A stretch of DNA of 32,000 nucleotides from positions 600,001-632,000 of the forward strand of contig NZ_JAGIOS010000003.1 of the NCBI RefSeq assembly GCF_017876815.1, read 5' to 3'. Both the position numbers and the translations under genes were made by a program. Of this stretch, positions 1-9,885 are shown one piece after another; position 1 is the first letter of the stretch; each line of letters begins with the position of its first letter. Below the pieces are notes generated by a model. It made no database searches, was not told where the DNA came from, and saw only the letters and a program-made list of their open reading frames with translations. This DNA comes from Sinorhizobium meliloti (GTDB taxonomy: Bacteria > Pseudomonadota > Alphaproteobacteria > Rhizobiales > Rhizobiaceae).

Positions 1-1250
1 TGTGCATCATTGCCCAGGGGCGAGGATGCGAGCAGCTTTTTCATCTCAGCTTCCCAGGCTGGGGTGCCGTTGGTTGCGAGGCAGTGGGTTGGCTCCCCTC
101 CAGTCTCCATGATGAATCGCGCTACGGCGTATACGAAGTCGGGGTCGCCGTAGATCGCGTATTTCTTACCGTGCAGCCAAGACTGGCTGTCCGCCATCGC
201 GTCGACAAGCCGGCCACGCTCCAGGCGGATTGCCTCGGGGATTTCCCTGCCGGAGATCTCCGATACTTTCACCAGGAACTCGTCTGTCGCCTTGACACCG
301 AGAGGATAGTGAAAGGACACCGTCGACTGTCCGGCCGCTTTGCAATATTCCAGGGTTCTGCGAGTATTGTATTGCTGCAGTGACACTGTCGCCTCGGCAT
401 TCAGTGCCGCTCTCACGTCCTCGATCTTGGTGCCTCCGTCATACATGCGGAACTCACCATCCGAGGGCGTATCAAATTGGTCGGAGGCATCTTGGATGAA
501 CGTATAGGAAACTCCCATCAAATTGAGCAGGCGCTTCAACTCGCGATTGTTCCCGACGCAGAATCCATCGAAACCCGGGATGATGTTGATCGAGCCAGGG
601 TTTACAGTGCGCTGCTCGCCCTTCCAGAAATTCTCCAGCACGCCTTTAACCATGCTGTCATAGCCATCGACATGGCTGCCGACGAATGCCGGTGTGTGCG
701 CAAAAGGGACATCGAAATCATGGGGGACGGCGCCTTCGTCCTTGGCATTTTCAATGAAGCCGTGCAAGTCGTCACCAATGACCTCCGCCATGCACGTGGT
801 CGACACGGCGATCATCTTCGGTTCGTAGAGCTTATAAGTATTGGCTAAGCCATCGACCATGTTCTTCAAGCCGCCAAATACCGCAGCGTCTTCTGTCATC
901 GAAGATGAGACCGCCGACGACGGCTCCTTGAAATGGCGCGACAGGTGCGAACGGTAATAGGCAACGCACCCTTGACTGCCATGCACAAACGACATTGTTC
1001 GCTCAAACCCGGCCGCCGCAAAAACCGCGCCAAGCGGCTGACAGGCCTTGGCCGGGTTCACGACGAGCGCTTCGCGGGCAAGATTTATTTCGCGATAATG
1101 CCAGGTTTTGGTGAATTCGCGTTGATCAGTGACGGTCCGATCCGGGTATGGTCGTTCGAAGTTTCGCTTCTTTTCGGCCAACATTTTCCTATATTCCGGC
1201 TCGCGGAAAAGGGGAGCATGGTCGAGCACTTTCTCGGCGGATTGCGGCAT
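1..1250 (-). CDS. nifK: Nitrogenase MoFe protein beta chain NifK, 5' part (about 416 codons); the 3' end runs off the left window edge
   Basis: Minus-strand frame is open from ATG at 1250..1248 to position 2. It is absent from the ORF track because there is no stop in the window. SD-like GGAAGAGG lies upstream. My translation reads [57 protein letters not shown]... and ends ...[20 protein letters not shown] at the edge. It sits directly downstream of nifD. Confidence 0.92.
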   Translation of the reverse strand, partial: MPQSAEKVLDHAPLFREPEYRKMLAEKKRNFERPYPDRTVTDQREFTKTWHYREINLAREALVVNPAKACQPLGAVFAAAGFERTMSFVHGSQGCVAYYRSHLSRHFKEPSSAVSSSMTEDAAVFGGLKNMVDGLANTYKLYEPKMIAVSTTCMAEVIGDDLHGFIENAKDEGAVPHDFDVPFAHTPAFVGSHVDGYDSMVKGVLENFWKGEQRTVNPGSINIIPGFDGFCVGNNRELKRLLNLMGVSYTFIQDASDQFDTPSDGEFRMYDGGTKIEDVRAALNAEATVSLQQYNTRRTLEYCKAAGQSTVSFHYPLGVKATDEFLVKVSEISGREIPEAIRLERGRLVDAMADSQSWLHGKKYAIYGDPDFVYAVARFIMETGGEPTHCLATNGTPAWEAEMKKLLASSPLGNDA

Positions 1251-1310
1251 GTGGTAACCTCTTCCATATCGGCATCGTCTTGCGGCGGCACAGAGACGTT
1301 CGAGACGTTG

Positions 1311-1336
1311 CTGATCTCTCGCGGGGGAGAGATCAG
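1311..1336 (-). other. Intercistronic stem-loop between nifD and nifK (perfect 10-bp stem, 6-nt loop)
   Basis: CTGATCTCTC-GCGGGG-GAGAGATCAG read directly. On the mRNA strand it starts 4 nt after the nifD stop. No U-tract follows it, so it is not a classical terminator. Confidence 0.6.
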
Positions 1337-1340
1337 ACTC

Positions 1341-2843
1341 TCATTCAGCGGCACCTGATGCCGCAGGCATTGTCACCTTCTGCCAGGGCGCGTCGTAGAG
1401 GTCCCAGACCGGATTATTGACCGCAAGGTCCATGTCGCGGGCGAAGATCGCGAAGCCGTCATAGCCGTGATACGGTCCGGAATAATCCCAGGAGTGCATC
1501 TGGCGGAATGGGATGCCCATCTTTTGCACCGAGTATTTTTCTTTGATGCCGGAGCCGACGAGATCGGGGCGAATCCTCTCGATGAACTTTTCGAGTTCAT
1601 AGCCGGTGACATCGTCATAGATCAGCGTGCCCTCCTTCACGTAGTGGCCAGTGCGCTGATAATCGTCGTTGTGGGCGAATTCGTAACCGGTCCCTACGAT
1701 CTCCATGCCGAGGTCCTCATAGGCAGTAATAACGTGACGTGGTCGCAAGCCGCCGACGTAAAGCATTACCCTTTTGCCGTGAAGGCGCGGCCAGTACTTG
1801 TCGATCACAGCATCGGTCAAGCCACTGTACTTCCCGATTACCCTCTCCGCCCTTTCCTCGATTTCCGGTCCAAAATGTTTCGCTATCTGGCGCAACGAGG
1901 CTTCGATCTGGGATGGCCCGAAAAAATTGTACTCCATCCAAGGAACACCATACTTTTCCTCCATGTGCCGGCAGATGTAATTCATCGACCGGTAGCAGTG
2001 GATAAGATTTAGCTTTGCGGTCGGCGCGCGCTCTATCTCCGCGAGTGTGGCGTCCCCCGACCAGTTGCCGACCACGTGCAGCCCGATCTCCTCTAGCAGG
2101 ATGCGCGATGCCCAGGCGTCACCGCCGATATTGTAGTCACCGATCACGTTAACGTCGTATCGACCAGCTTCGTACGCGACCTCGGTCGTGTCGAAAACCC
2201 AATCACGTATCGCGTCGTTAGCAATGTGATGTCCGAGGGACTGCGATACACCGCGGAAGCCTTCGCAACGCACCGGCACGATTGTTGTTTTGTACTCCTC
2301 AGCCTTCTTTCGCGAAACCGCCTCGATGTCGTCACCAATCAAGCCGATGGGACATTCCGACTGCACGGTAACACCGTTGTTCAGCGGAAACAGTTCCTCG
2401 ATCTCGTCGATGATCTTTTCTAGCTTCTTGTCACCACCGAAGACGATATCCTTCTCCTGAAAGTCGGAGGTAAACTGCATCGTCACGAAGGCGTCGATGC
2501 CCGTCGTACCGACGTAATAGTTGCGGCGCTGTGACCAGGAATATTGGCCGCAACCGACCGGGCCGTGCGAAATGTGCACCATGTCCTTTATCGGACCCCA
2601 AACAACGCCTTTGGAACCGGCATAGGCGCAGCCGCGGATCGTCATTACGCCCGGGATCGACTTGATGTTCGACTTTACGTCGCACTCGGAAACCACCTGT
2701 CCTTCCTCGGCGGTCTCCTGCTTGTTCCTTGCGACACTCAGGTGCTTTTTACGGCGCTTCGCCGCCTTGTCTGGATAGTGCGATAGCACTTCTTCGATAA
2801 GCTTCTCGTGCGAAGCATCGTCATTCTCATAGTCGAGGCTCAT
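1341..2843 (-). CDS. nifD: Nitrogenase MoFe protein alpha chain NifD
   Basis: 500-aa [40 protein letters not shown]... with typical NifD segments [10 protein letters not shown] and [11 protein letters not shown]. It lies between nifH and nifK. Confidence 0.97.
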   Translation of the reverse strand: MSLDYENDDASHEKLIEEVLSHYPDKAAKRRKKHLSVARNKQETAEEGQVVSECDVKSNIKSIPGVMTIRGCAYAGSKGVVWGPIKDMVHISHGPVGCGQYSWSQRRNYYVGTTGIDAFVTMQFTSDFQEKDIVFGGDKKLEKIIDEIEELFPLNNGVTVQSECPIGLIGDDIEAVSRKKAEEYKTTIVPVRCEGFRGVSQSLGHHIANDAIRDWVFDTTEVAYEAGRYDVNVIGDYNIGGDAWASRILLEEIGLHVVGNWSGDATLAEIERAPTAKLNLIHCYRSMNYICRHMEEKYGVPWMEYNFFGPSQIEASLRQIAKHFGPEIEERAERVIGKYSGLTDAVIDKYWPRLHGKRVMLYVGGLRPRHVITAYEDLGMEIVGTGYEFAHNDDYQRTGHYVKEGTLIYDDVTGYELEKFIERIRPDLVGSGIKEKYSVQKMGIPFRQMHSWDYSGPYHGYDGFAIFARDMDLAVNNPVWDLYDAPWQKVTMPAASGAAE

Positions 2844-2942
2844 TTGGGCCTGCCCATTTCACGATCTAGGTGACACCTCATCAATGGCGCCGTTTGTGGA
2901 ATGGCACGCCGCGTCCAGCTGCGCCACCCTCTCGGCGGCGAT

Positions 2943-4073
<1,131 letters not shown>

Positions 4074-4384
4074 TCAGAAATCGCTCAACGAATTGCCGCC
4101 GTGCGTGGAAGCCCTTGTGACTGGGCGACGACACGCCGAGTGGCCGCTGGAGAGGCAATGACGCTGTACGGGCTGCTCTGGGTAGCGGCTCTTTTTGCGC
4201 CATCCTCGTGATCGGGAACGACTGAATTTCTGCCGCATACGCTTAGCTGCTGTGAACGCGAGTGCCTTCCCGCCGCGGGGGAACAAAAGAGAGCGGCCCA
4301 AAAAACCGGGCGGCTGATGTCGCAATCTCGCTCCAGGAGCCACCGGACCCGCCTGCTCGAGCGTACTTGCGGGTTGCCGGCATC

Positions 4385-4656
4385 CCTCCGAGTCCGGTGG
4401 CCCTCGCCAGTGCACGCTTCTCGCGGCGGCCTTGGACAGAGGATGGATGTTCATCGTTTCGCGATATTTTGCGACCGTGCGCCTGGCGATATCGACACCT
4501 GTCTTCTTGAGGACGTCGACGATGTCGTCGTCCGAGAGCACCGCTGAGCTCCAGATGATCTATCTGAAGCAGCTGGATTGCCTGCATCAGCTGCGGCGTC
4601 ATAGTCAGCGAATGCGACTGCGACTGTCTTAAATGAAGGCTGAGGGAAGAGGCCAT
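4385..4656 (-). pseudogene. rpoN (sigma-54)-derived remnant: region I fused to an RpoN-box fragment, with the central ~400 residues missing and frameshifts
   Basis: ORF 4243..4656 begins MASSLSLHLRQSQSHSLTMTPQLMQAIQLLQIDHLELS (sigma-54 region I). The overlapping frame (ORF 4074..4541) reads LSDDDIVDVLKKTGVDIARRTVAKYRETMNI (C-terminal RpoN box ARRTVAKYRE). The first frame then resumes PSSVQGRREKRALA (sigma-54 C-terminal tail). The lower boundary is approximate. Confidence 0.7.
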
Positions 4657-4703
4657 GCTAACGCGATGCTCCCGTCAACATTGCCGAAGCCGTGCCCGGT
4701 TAG

Positions 4704-4771
4704 GGCGAGTGCATTTTGGAGATTGTGGACATCCCCTTACCGTCGAACGCGATCTGACGCAGAGCTGCCAT
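4704..4771 (-). pseudogene. nifH 5' fragment (about 23 codons) with a 9-nt deletion inside the Walker A motif
   Basis: ATG 4771..4769 translates [23 protein letters not shown], with the stop at 4702..4700. Nucleotide homology to nifH codons 1-26 ends near 4704. Confidence 0.85.
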
Positions 4772-4850
4772 CTGCTTCCTTTGTTGTTTAAACTAGTTCG
4801 GTTGTTCGGGACAAATGAATGCGCACAGCAGGGGCACCACTGGGTGATCT

Positions 4851-4866
4851 TGCAAAAGTCGTGCCA
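4851..4866 (-). promoter_or_regulatory. Sigma-54 (-24/-12) promoter, orphan copy
   Basis: Reverse complement reads TGGCACGACTTTTGCA, identical core to PnifH. Confidence 0.75.
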
Positions 4867-4949
4867 GGCCGAGTGACCAAATAAAGTTTAGAGCCTTTTT
4901 TCAGATAGTTAGGTCTGGAAATTGACCATATGGTCGAACGAACAACTTG

Positions 4950-4965
4950 TGTCGTTAAGCCGACA
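4950..4965 (-). promoter_or_regulatory. NifA UAS (TGT-N10-ACA) of the orphan promoter copy
   Basis: TGTCGTTAAGCCGACA, at the same relative position as the PnifH UAS. Confidence 0.7.
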
Positions 4966-5439
4966 AAGGTGACGAACATTGTCGTATGCGTGTCGTCACG
5001 CGTCCGGTCGGTAAAGGTCCAAACGATAGAAGGGGCCTGCAATAAGGCCAAGCTCGTGCATTCGCACCAATCACACCCGCGGCAAAATATAAAACGTCCC
5101 ATCACCGAAGTCTCTCTCCAAGCGATCAACACCTGCTGCGCCAGAACCGTGCAGCGGGTTGGCTATTCCGATGGTCTTCAGCCAGCGATAATGAGGAGCG
5201 ACTTGCCCGTCTGGACGACGGCGTTGAGGATCGGGAGGAAGCATCGCCGGCAGGTTGGAGAGCTTCTTCTCGAGCAGGCGCGCATGATGCACGTCCGAAC
5301 AGACGCAGGGGTGTCCCCCAAACATAGCAGCCGCAGACAAAATGTCCGGTTCCACAGGCCGTGTTGGGAGGTGACAATGGGCCGACACGACAAAGACTAA
5401 AACACGCCGGAATCTCCAAGAACGAAATACGTCGATCAC

Positions 5440-5640
5440 ATCAATGCTTTGTGATGACGTCAGTGGTTGGCACGGTTGATGCTGGAAGAGACAGAAACGC
5501 TGGCACACATATGATTGGAGCCTGGAGCGATACCATGCACCTCGTAGTCTGTATAAAGCAGGTGCCGGATTTCTGCGCGAATTCACGTCGCTTCAGTGAC
5601 GAGCACGATCATGCGCCTTGGGAAGGCGCCGCACGCGCCT
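5440..5640 (+). pseudogene. Duplicated fixA leader plus 5' coding fragment, frameshifted after codon 12
   Basis: 5492..5575 aligns with 6013..6097 (GAAACGCTGGCACACAT-TGATTGGAGCCTGGAG...ATGCACCT.GTAGTCTG.AT.AAGCAGGTGCCGGATT). It encodes [12 protein letters not shown], then diverges after a 1-nt insertion. Weaker similarity extends on both sides. Confidence 0.7.
5468..5483 (+). promoter_or_regulatory. Sigma-54-like -24/-12 motif upstream of the fixA fragment; no convincing UAS
   Basis: TGGCACGGTTGATGCT has correct GG-N10-GC spacing. I found no TGT-N10-ACA 80-150 bp upstream. Confidence 0.3.
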
Positions 5641-5804
5641 TGCCTTCCGATCGCGCAGACAATCCCCGTGCGAGTTGACATGCGCTGCCCTCTCAAAAAA
5701 TGCCCGCCATTGCAACTGCGGCATTCATCACCTCCGCGTCCTATACGCAAAGAAACCAGTCGAGCGGATGATTGCCGCAGCCATATGACATTGTCCGTCG
5801 CCTC

Positions 5805-5820
5805 TGTCGGCCCCTCGACA
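5805..5820 (+). promoter_or_regulatory. NifA UAS (TGT-N10-ACA) for PfixA
   Basis: TGTCGGCCCCTCGACA, about 120 bp upstream of the predicted start site. Confidence 0.78.
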
Positions 5821-5908
5821 CAAATTGTTCCTTCAAGCATGCGGCCAATTTCCCGATCTAACTATTTGAAAGAAAGCAATTAGCATTATTTCAGTCACGT
5901 CTGCGACC

Positions 5909-5924
5909 TGGCACGACTTTTGCA
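5909..5924 (+). promoter_or_regulatory. Sigma-54 (-24/-12) promoter of fixABCX
   Basis: TGGCACGACTTTTGCA on the plus strand, 132 nt upstream of the fixA ATG. Confidence 0.9.
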
Positions 5925-6055
5925 CGATCATCCCCCTAGGAAGCGGTAAGAAGACACAATATCGAGCAAGACAGTGAGGACCATTCCGGTTGCTGCTAAC
6001 GCTTGCCAGCAACGGAAACGCTGGCACACATGTGATTGGAGCCTGGAGAGACACC

Positions 6056-6913
6056 ATGCACCTTGTAGTCTGCATCAAGCAGGTGCCGGATTCCGCGCAA
6101 ATACGCGTCCATCCGGTGACCAACACGATCATGCGACAGGGCGTGCCGACCATTATCAACCCCCATGATCTGGCCGCCCTAGAAGAAGCACTGAAGTTGT
6201 GCGACACGTATGGAGGCGAGGTTACCGTGGTGACCATGGGCCCTAAGATGGCCGAGGACGCCCTGCGCAAGGCACTCACGTTTGGCGCACACCGCGCCGT
6301 TCTCTTAACCGACCGCCATTTTGCAGGCTCGGATACGCTCGCGACCTCCTTCGCCCTTGCTCAAGCAATCGCGGAGATCGGCGAGACCTTCGGCACGCCT
6401 GATGTTGTGTTCACCGGCAAGCAGACGATCGACGGCGACACTGCCCAAGTTGGACCTGGAATTGCCAAGCGCCTCGACCTACAGCAGCTCACTTACGTGG
6501 CGAAGATTCTCTCCATTGATGCCGCTTCGCGCGAGATCACTGTTGAGCGGCGCGCGGAAGGCGGCTCGCAGATCCTGAGAACCGGACTACCATGCCTTGT
6601 CACTATGCTGGACGGCGCCGACGCCATCCGTCGCGGGCGTCTCGACGACGCCCTTCGCGCCGCGCGCACCAAGGTCGTCAAGTGGAGTGCGGCGGACGCC
6701 GGCATTGCAGAACCGGCCAACTGTGGCTTGCGAGGATCTCCGACGGTCGTAAAGCGCGTGTTTGCCCCAACTTCCCGCGAACAAAAGGCAAGGCAGATCG
6801 ACACCACAAATAAGCCACTGCGTGAGATCGCGGACGGTCTGATCGCGGCAATCTTTGCCGACCAGCCGGCCTTGAAACACGATCTCGGCTTCCCAGGCAG
6901 CACGGGACAGTAA
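6056..6913 (+). CDS. fixA: Electron transfer flavoprotein beta-subunit-like FixA
   Basis: [48 protein letters not shown]... is the ETF-beta family. I chose ATG 6056 (GGAGAG SD 5 nt upstream) rather than the track start 5990, which has no SD. Confidence 0.93.
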   Translation: MHLVVCIKQVPDSAQIRVHPVTNTIMRQGVPTIINPHDLAALEEALKLCDTYGGEVTVVTMGPKMAEDALRKALTFGAHRAVLLTDRHFAGSDTLATSFALAQAIAEIGETFGTPDVVFTGKQTIDGDTAQVGPGIAKRLDLQQLTYVAKILSIDAASREITVERRAEGGSQILRTGLPCLVTMLDGADAIRRGRLDDALRAARTKVVKWSAADAGIAEPANCGLRGSPTVVKRVFAPTSREQKARQIDTTNKPLREIADGLIAAIFADQPALKHDLGFPGSTGQ

Positions 6914-6923
6914 GGAGCACCAG

Positions 6924-8036
6924 ATGTCGACCGAGAATCGTGAAGCCAGTTCCCAACCCTCCGGACGCGCCGCCATGAAGAAGGAGCTACCCAAGCAATT
7001 CCAGGACTATCGGAACGTATGGGTCTTCATCGAACTGGAGCACGGTCAGGTGCATCCCGTCTCCATCGAACTACTCGGTGAAGGCCGCAAGCTCGCCGAC
7101 AAGCTGGGTGTCCATCTTGCGGGCGTGGTCATTGGGCCGCCGGGAGGACAGGGCACGGCAAATGCTATTGCGGACGCCTTCTCTTACGGCGCCGACCTCA
7201 GCTACCTCGTCGAGTCGCCGCTACTCGCCCACTATCGCAACGAGCCTTTCACCAAAGCCCTGACGGATCTCGTCTTGGCAAACAAGCCGGAAATCCTGCT
7301 TCTCGGCGCGACTACGCTCGGCCGCGATCTCGCCGGATCGGTGGCAACGACATTGAAGACAGGACTCACGGCCGACTGCACTGAGCTAAATGTTGATTCA
7401 GATGGTTCCCTCGCTGCGACCAGGCCAACCTTCGGAGGTTCCTTGCTCTGCACGATCTATACACTCAAGTGTCGACCGCAGATGGCAACCGTACGGCCGA
7501 ATGTAATGGCCACGCCGCAACGCGTGAATAGACCAACTGGAAGCATCATCCGGCACGATCTGAAAATGCTTGAGGAGGAGATCGCGACCAAAGTCCTTGC
7601 CTTTTTTTCCGATTGCGACTCGACCATAGCCAATCTCGCCTACGCCGACGTCGTGGTTGCCGGGGGACTCGGTCTTGGAGCAGTGCAGAACCTTCAGCTC
7701 TTGAAGGATCTCGCACGAACGCTCGGCGGGGATTTTGGGTGTTCGCGGCCGCTAGTCCAAAAGGGGTGGATGCCGTTTGACCGGCAGATCGGCCAAACGG
7801 GCAACACGATCCGGCCAAAGCTCTATATAGCGGCTGGGATCTCGGGCGCCGTTCAGCACCGCGTTGGCGTCGAAGGATCTGACCTCATTGTTGCTATCAA
7901 CACCGATCCGAACGCGCCCATCTTCGATTTCGCCCACCTCGGCGTTGTGGCCGATGCGATCAGTTTTCTGCCTGCCCTGACGGAAGTCTTCACTAAACGG
8001 TTGGAGCCACGCAATCTTGAGAAGTTTGTGCAGTGA
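6924..8036 (+). CDS. fixB: Electron transfer flavoprotein alpha-subunit-like FixB
   Basis: 370-aa ORF with an ETF-alpha C-terminal FAD domain ([12 protein letters not shown]). A strong AAGGAG SD lies 7 nt before ATG 6924. The alternative start ATG 6975 (MKKELPKQF...) would give 353 aa. Confidence 0.92.
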   Translation: MSTENREASSQPSGRAAMKKELPKQFQDYRNVWVFIELEHGQVHPVSIELLGEGRKLADKLGVHLAGVVIGPPGGQGTANAIADAFSYGADLSYLVESPLLAHYRNEPFTKALTDLVLANKPEILLLGATTLGRDLAGSVATTLKTGLTADCTELNVDSDGSLAATRPTFGGSLLCTIYTLKCRPQMATVRPNVMATPQRVNRPTGSIIRHDLKMLEEEIATKVLAFFSDCDSTIANLAYADVVVAGGLGLGAVQNLQLLKDLARTLGGDFGCSRPLVQKGWMPFDRQIGQTGNTIRPKLYIAAGISGAVQHRVGVEGSDLIVAINTDPNAPIFDFAHLGVVADAISFLPALTEVFTKRLEPRNLEKFVQ

Positions 8037-8047
8037 GACAAGGACCA

Positions 8048-9355
8048 ATGACAAAGGAAAAATTTGACGCCATCGTCGTTGGTGCCGGTATGTCCGGGAA
8101 TGCGGCGGCTTACGCGATGGCTAGCCGTGGGCTAAAGGTGCTGCAGTTGGAGCGCGGAGAGTATCCGGGTTCAAAGAACGTCCAAGGCGCTATAATGTAC
8201 GCCAACATGCTGGAGGCAATCATTCCAGATTTCCGGAATGACGCACCGCTCGAGCGGCATCTCGTCGAGCAGCGATTCTGGATAATGGACGATACGTCTC
8301 ACACCGGGATGCACTACCGGTCAGACGACTTCAATGAGGTGACGCCAAACCGCTACACGATCATTCGCGCTCAATTCGATAAATGGTTATCGCGCAAGGT
8401 GTGCGAGGCTGGCGGCACGGTCCTGTGTGAAACAACGGCTACAGGACTGGAATGGGACAGTGCCGGGAAGGCGATAGGCGTCCGCACTGACCGCGCTGGC
8501 GACGTCGTTCTTGCAGATGTGGTCGTGCTCGCTGAAGGGGTCAACGGACTCCTTGGCACGCGCGCCGGCTTACGTGAGATGCCGAAGTCGAAAAACGTAG
8601 CCCTCGCGGTAAAGGAATTGCATTTCCTCCCCGAAGAGGTGATCGCAGAGCGCTTCGGACTGACAGGCGATGAAGGATGCGTGATTGAGGCGGGCGGTAC
8701 AATTTCGCGCGGAATGGCAGGATTGGGCTTCCTCTACACCAATAAGGAGTCAATCTCACTCGGCATCGGCTGCCTCATCTCGAACTTCGCCGAGACCATG
8801 GAGAGACCTTACGCGCTTCTCGACGCCTTTAAACGCCACCCTTCAATCCAGCCGCTAATAGCAGGGTCGGAAGTAAAGGAATATGCGGCCCATCTCATTC
8901 CGGAGGGCGGTTTCAACGCAATACCGCGGCTCTGCGGTAACGGCTGGGTCGTCGTTGGAGACGCGGCGCAACTTAACAATGCCGTGCACCGCGAAGGGTC
9001 TAACCTTGCCATGGCATCTGGGAGGATGGCGGGAGAGGCGATTTCAATCATAAAGAGCCGCGGGGGGGTAATGGATAAGGCGAGCCTCTCTCTCTACAAA
9101 ACGATGCTAGACAAGTCCTTCGTTGTTGAGGACCTGAGCAAACAAAAGGACATGCCTTCCCTGCTCCATACCAATTCCCCAAACTTCTTCACGACGTACC
9201 CGCAGCTGATATCGCATGCCGCGCAGAACTTCGTGCGCGTGGACGGCACGCCTAAGATTGAGAGGGAAATTGCGACCACCGCCGCCTTTCTCAGGGCACG
9301 ATCCCGATGGGGTCTCGTCAGTGACGCGGTTCGCCTTGCCTCCGCCTGGCGCTAA
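8048..9355 (+). CDS. fixC: FixC, ETF-quinone oxidoreductase-like flavoprotein (435 aa)
   Basis: [25 protein letters not shown] carries the FAD dinucleotide fold GxGxxG. ATG 8048 is preceded by AAGGA. The track start 8033 overlaps the fixB stop and has no SD. Confidence 0.93.
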   Translation: MTKEKFDAIVVGAGMSGNAAAYAMASRGLKVLQLERGEYPGSKNVQGAIMYANMLEAIIPDFRNDAPLERHLVEQRFWIMDDTSHTGMHYRSDDFNEVTPNRYTIIRAQFDKWLSRKVCEAGGTVLCETTATGLEWDSAGKAIGVRTDRAGDVVLADVVVLAEGVNGLLGTRAGLREMPKSKNVALAVKELHFLPEEVIAERFGLTGDEGCVIEAGGTISRGMAGLGFLYTNKESISLGIGCLISNFAETMERPYALLDAFKRHPSIQPLIAGSEVKEYAAHLIPEGGFNAIPRLCGNGWVVVGDAAQLNNAVHREGSNLAMASGRMAGEAISIIKSRGGVMDKASLSLYKTMLDKSFVVEDLSKQKDMPSLLHTNSPNFFTTYPQLISHAAQNFVRVDGTPKIEREIATTAAFLRARSRWGLVSDAVRLASAWR

Positions 9356-9367
9356 AGGAGAAATGAG

Positions 9368-9664
9368 ATGAAGACGGCAATCGCGGAGCGTATCGAAGAC
9401 AAGCTTTACCAGAACCGCTATCTGGTCGACGCAGGGCGTCCACACATTACAGTGCGGCCACACCGGTCGCCAAGCTTAAACCTGCTCGCGCTCACGCGAG
9501 TCTGCCCGGCCAAATGCTACGAGTTGAATGAAACTGGGCAAGTGGAAGTCACTGCCGATGGCTGCATGGAGTGCGGCACATGCAGAGTGTTGTGCGAGGC
9601 AAACGGTGACGTCGAGTGGAGCTATCCACGAGGTGGCTTCGGTGTCCTCTTCAAGTTCGGATGA
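9368..9664 (+). CDS. fixX: Ferredoxin-like protein FixX
   Basis: 98 aa with CPAKCY...[20 protein letters not shown] is upstream. It follows fixC directly. Confidence 0.93.
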   Translation: MKTAIAERIEDKLYQNRYLVDAGRPHITVRPHRSPSLNLLALTRVCPAKCYELNETGQVEVTADGCMECGTCRVLCEANGDVEWSYPRGGFGVLFKFG

Positions 9665-9885
9665 GCCACTCTAAGGTCGATTCACAAGCTAGATCGGCGT
9701 TCAATAGGGGGACGAAGTGCCAGGGATCCTTACAAGGAAACCAACTTACCTTCCGTAACTTTATCGCTCTCCGACTGTCAATACGCATACCTCCTAATAT
9801 TAAGCGGGCGAGAAAATGACTAAGGTGCTCCCATCGCAACTCGTTCAGGGGAGTTAGTGCCCTGTCTGTACCTTCACAAAGAGAC

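Larger units (their letters stand above)
4704..5004 (-). repeat. Promoter-module repeat copy B (orphan): nifH stub, leader, sigma-54 promoter and NifA UAS
   Basis: Collinear with 3759..4075 with scattered substitutions and small indels. Same orientation as copy A, 934 bp upstream of it. Confidence 0.85.
5778..5931 (+). repeat. Promoter-module repeat copy C (fixABCX promoter region)
   Basis: Aligns with the reverse complement of 3911..4060. Homology stops a few nt downstream of the -12 element. Confidence 0.8.

Noticed and set aside
84-1420. Several 90-140-aa ORFs on the plus strand and in other minus-strand frames
   Set aside because: All overlap the clearly identified nifK reading frame, which the track misses only because it has no stop within the window.
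6022-6037. TGGCAC in the fixA leader (also in the duplicate at 5501)
   Set aside because: There is no GC at the -12 position with the required spacing (TGGCACACATGTGATT). It lies downstream of the real promoter.
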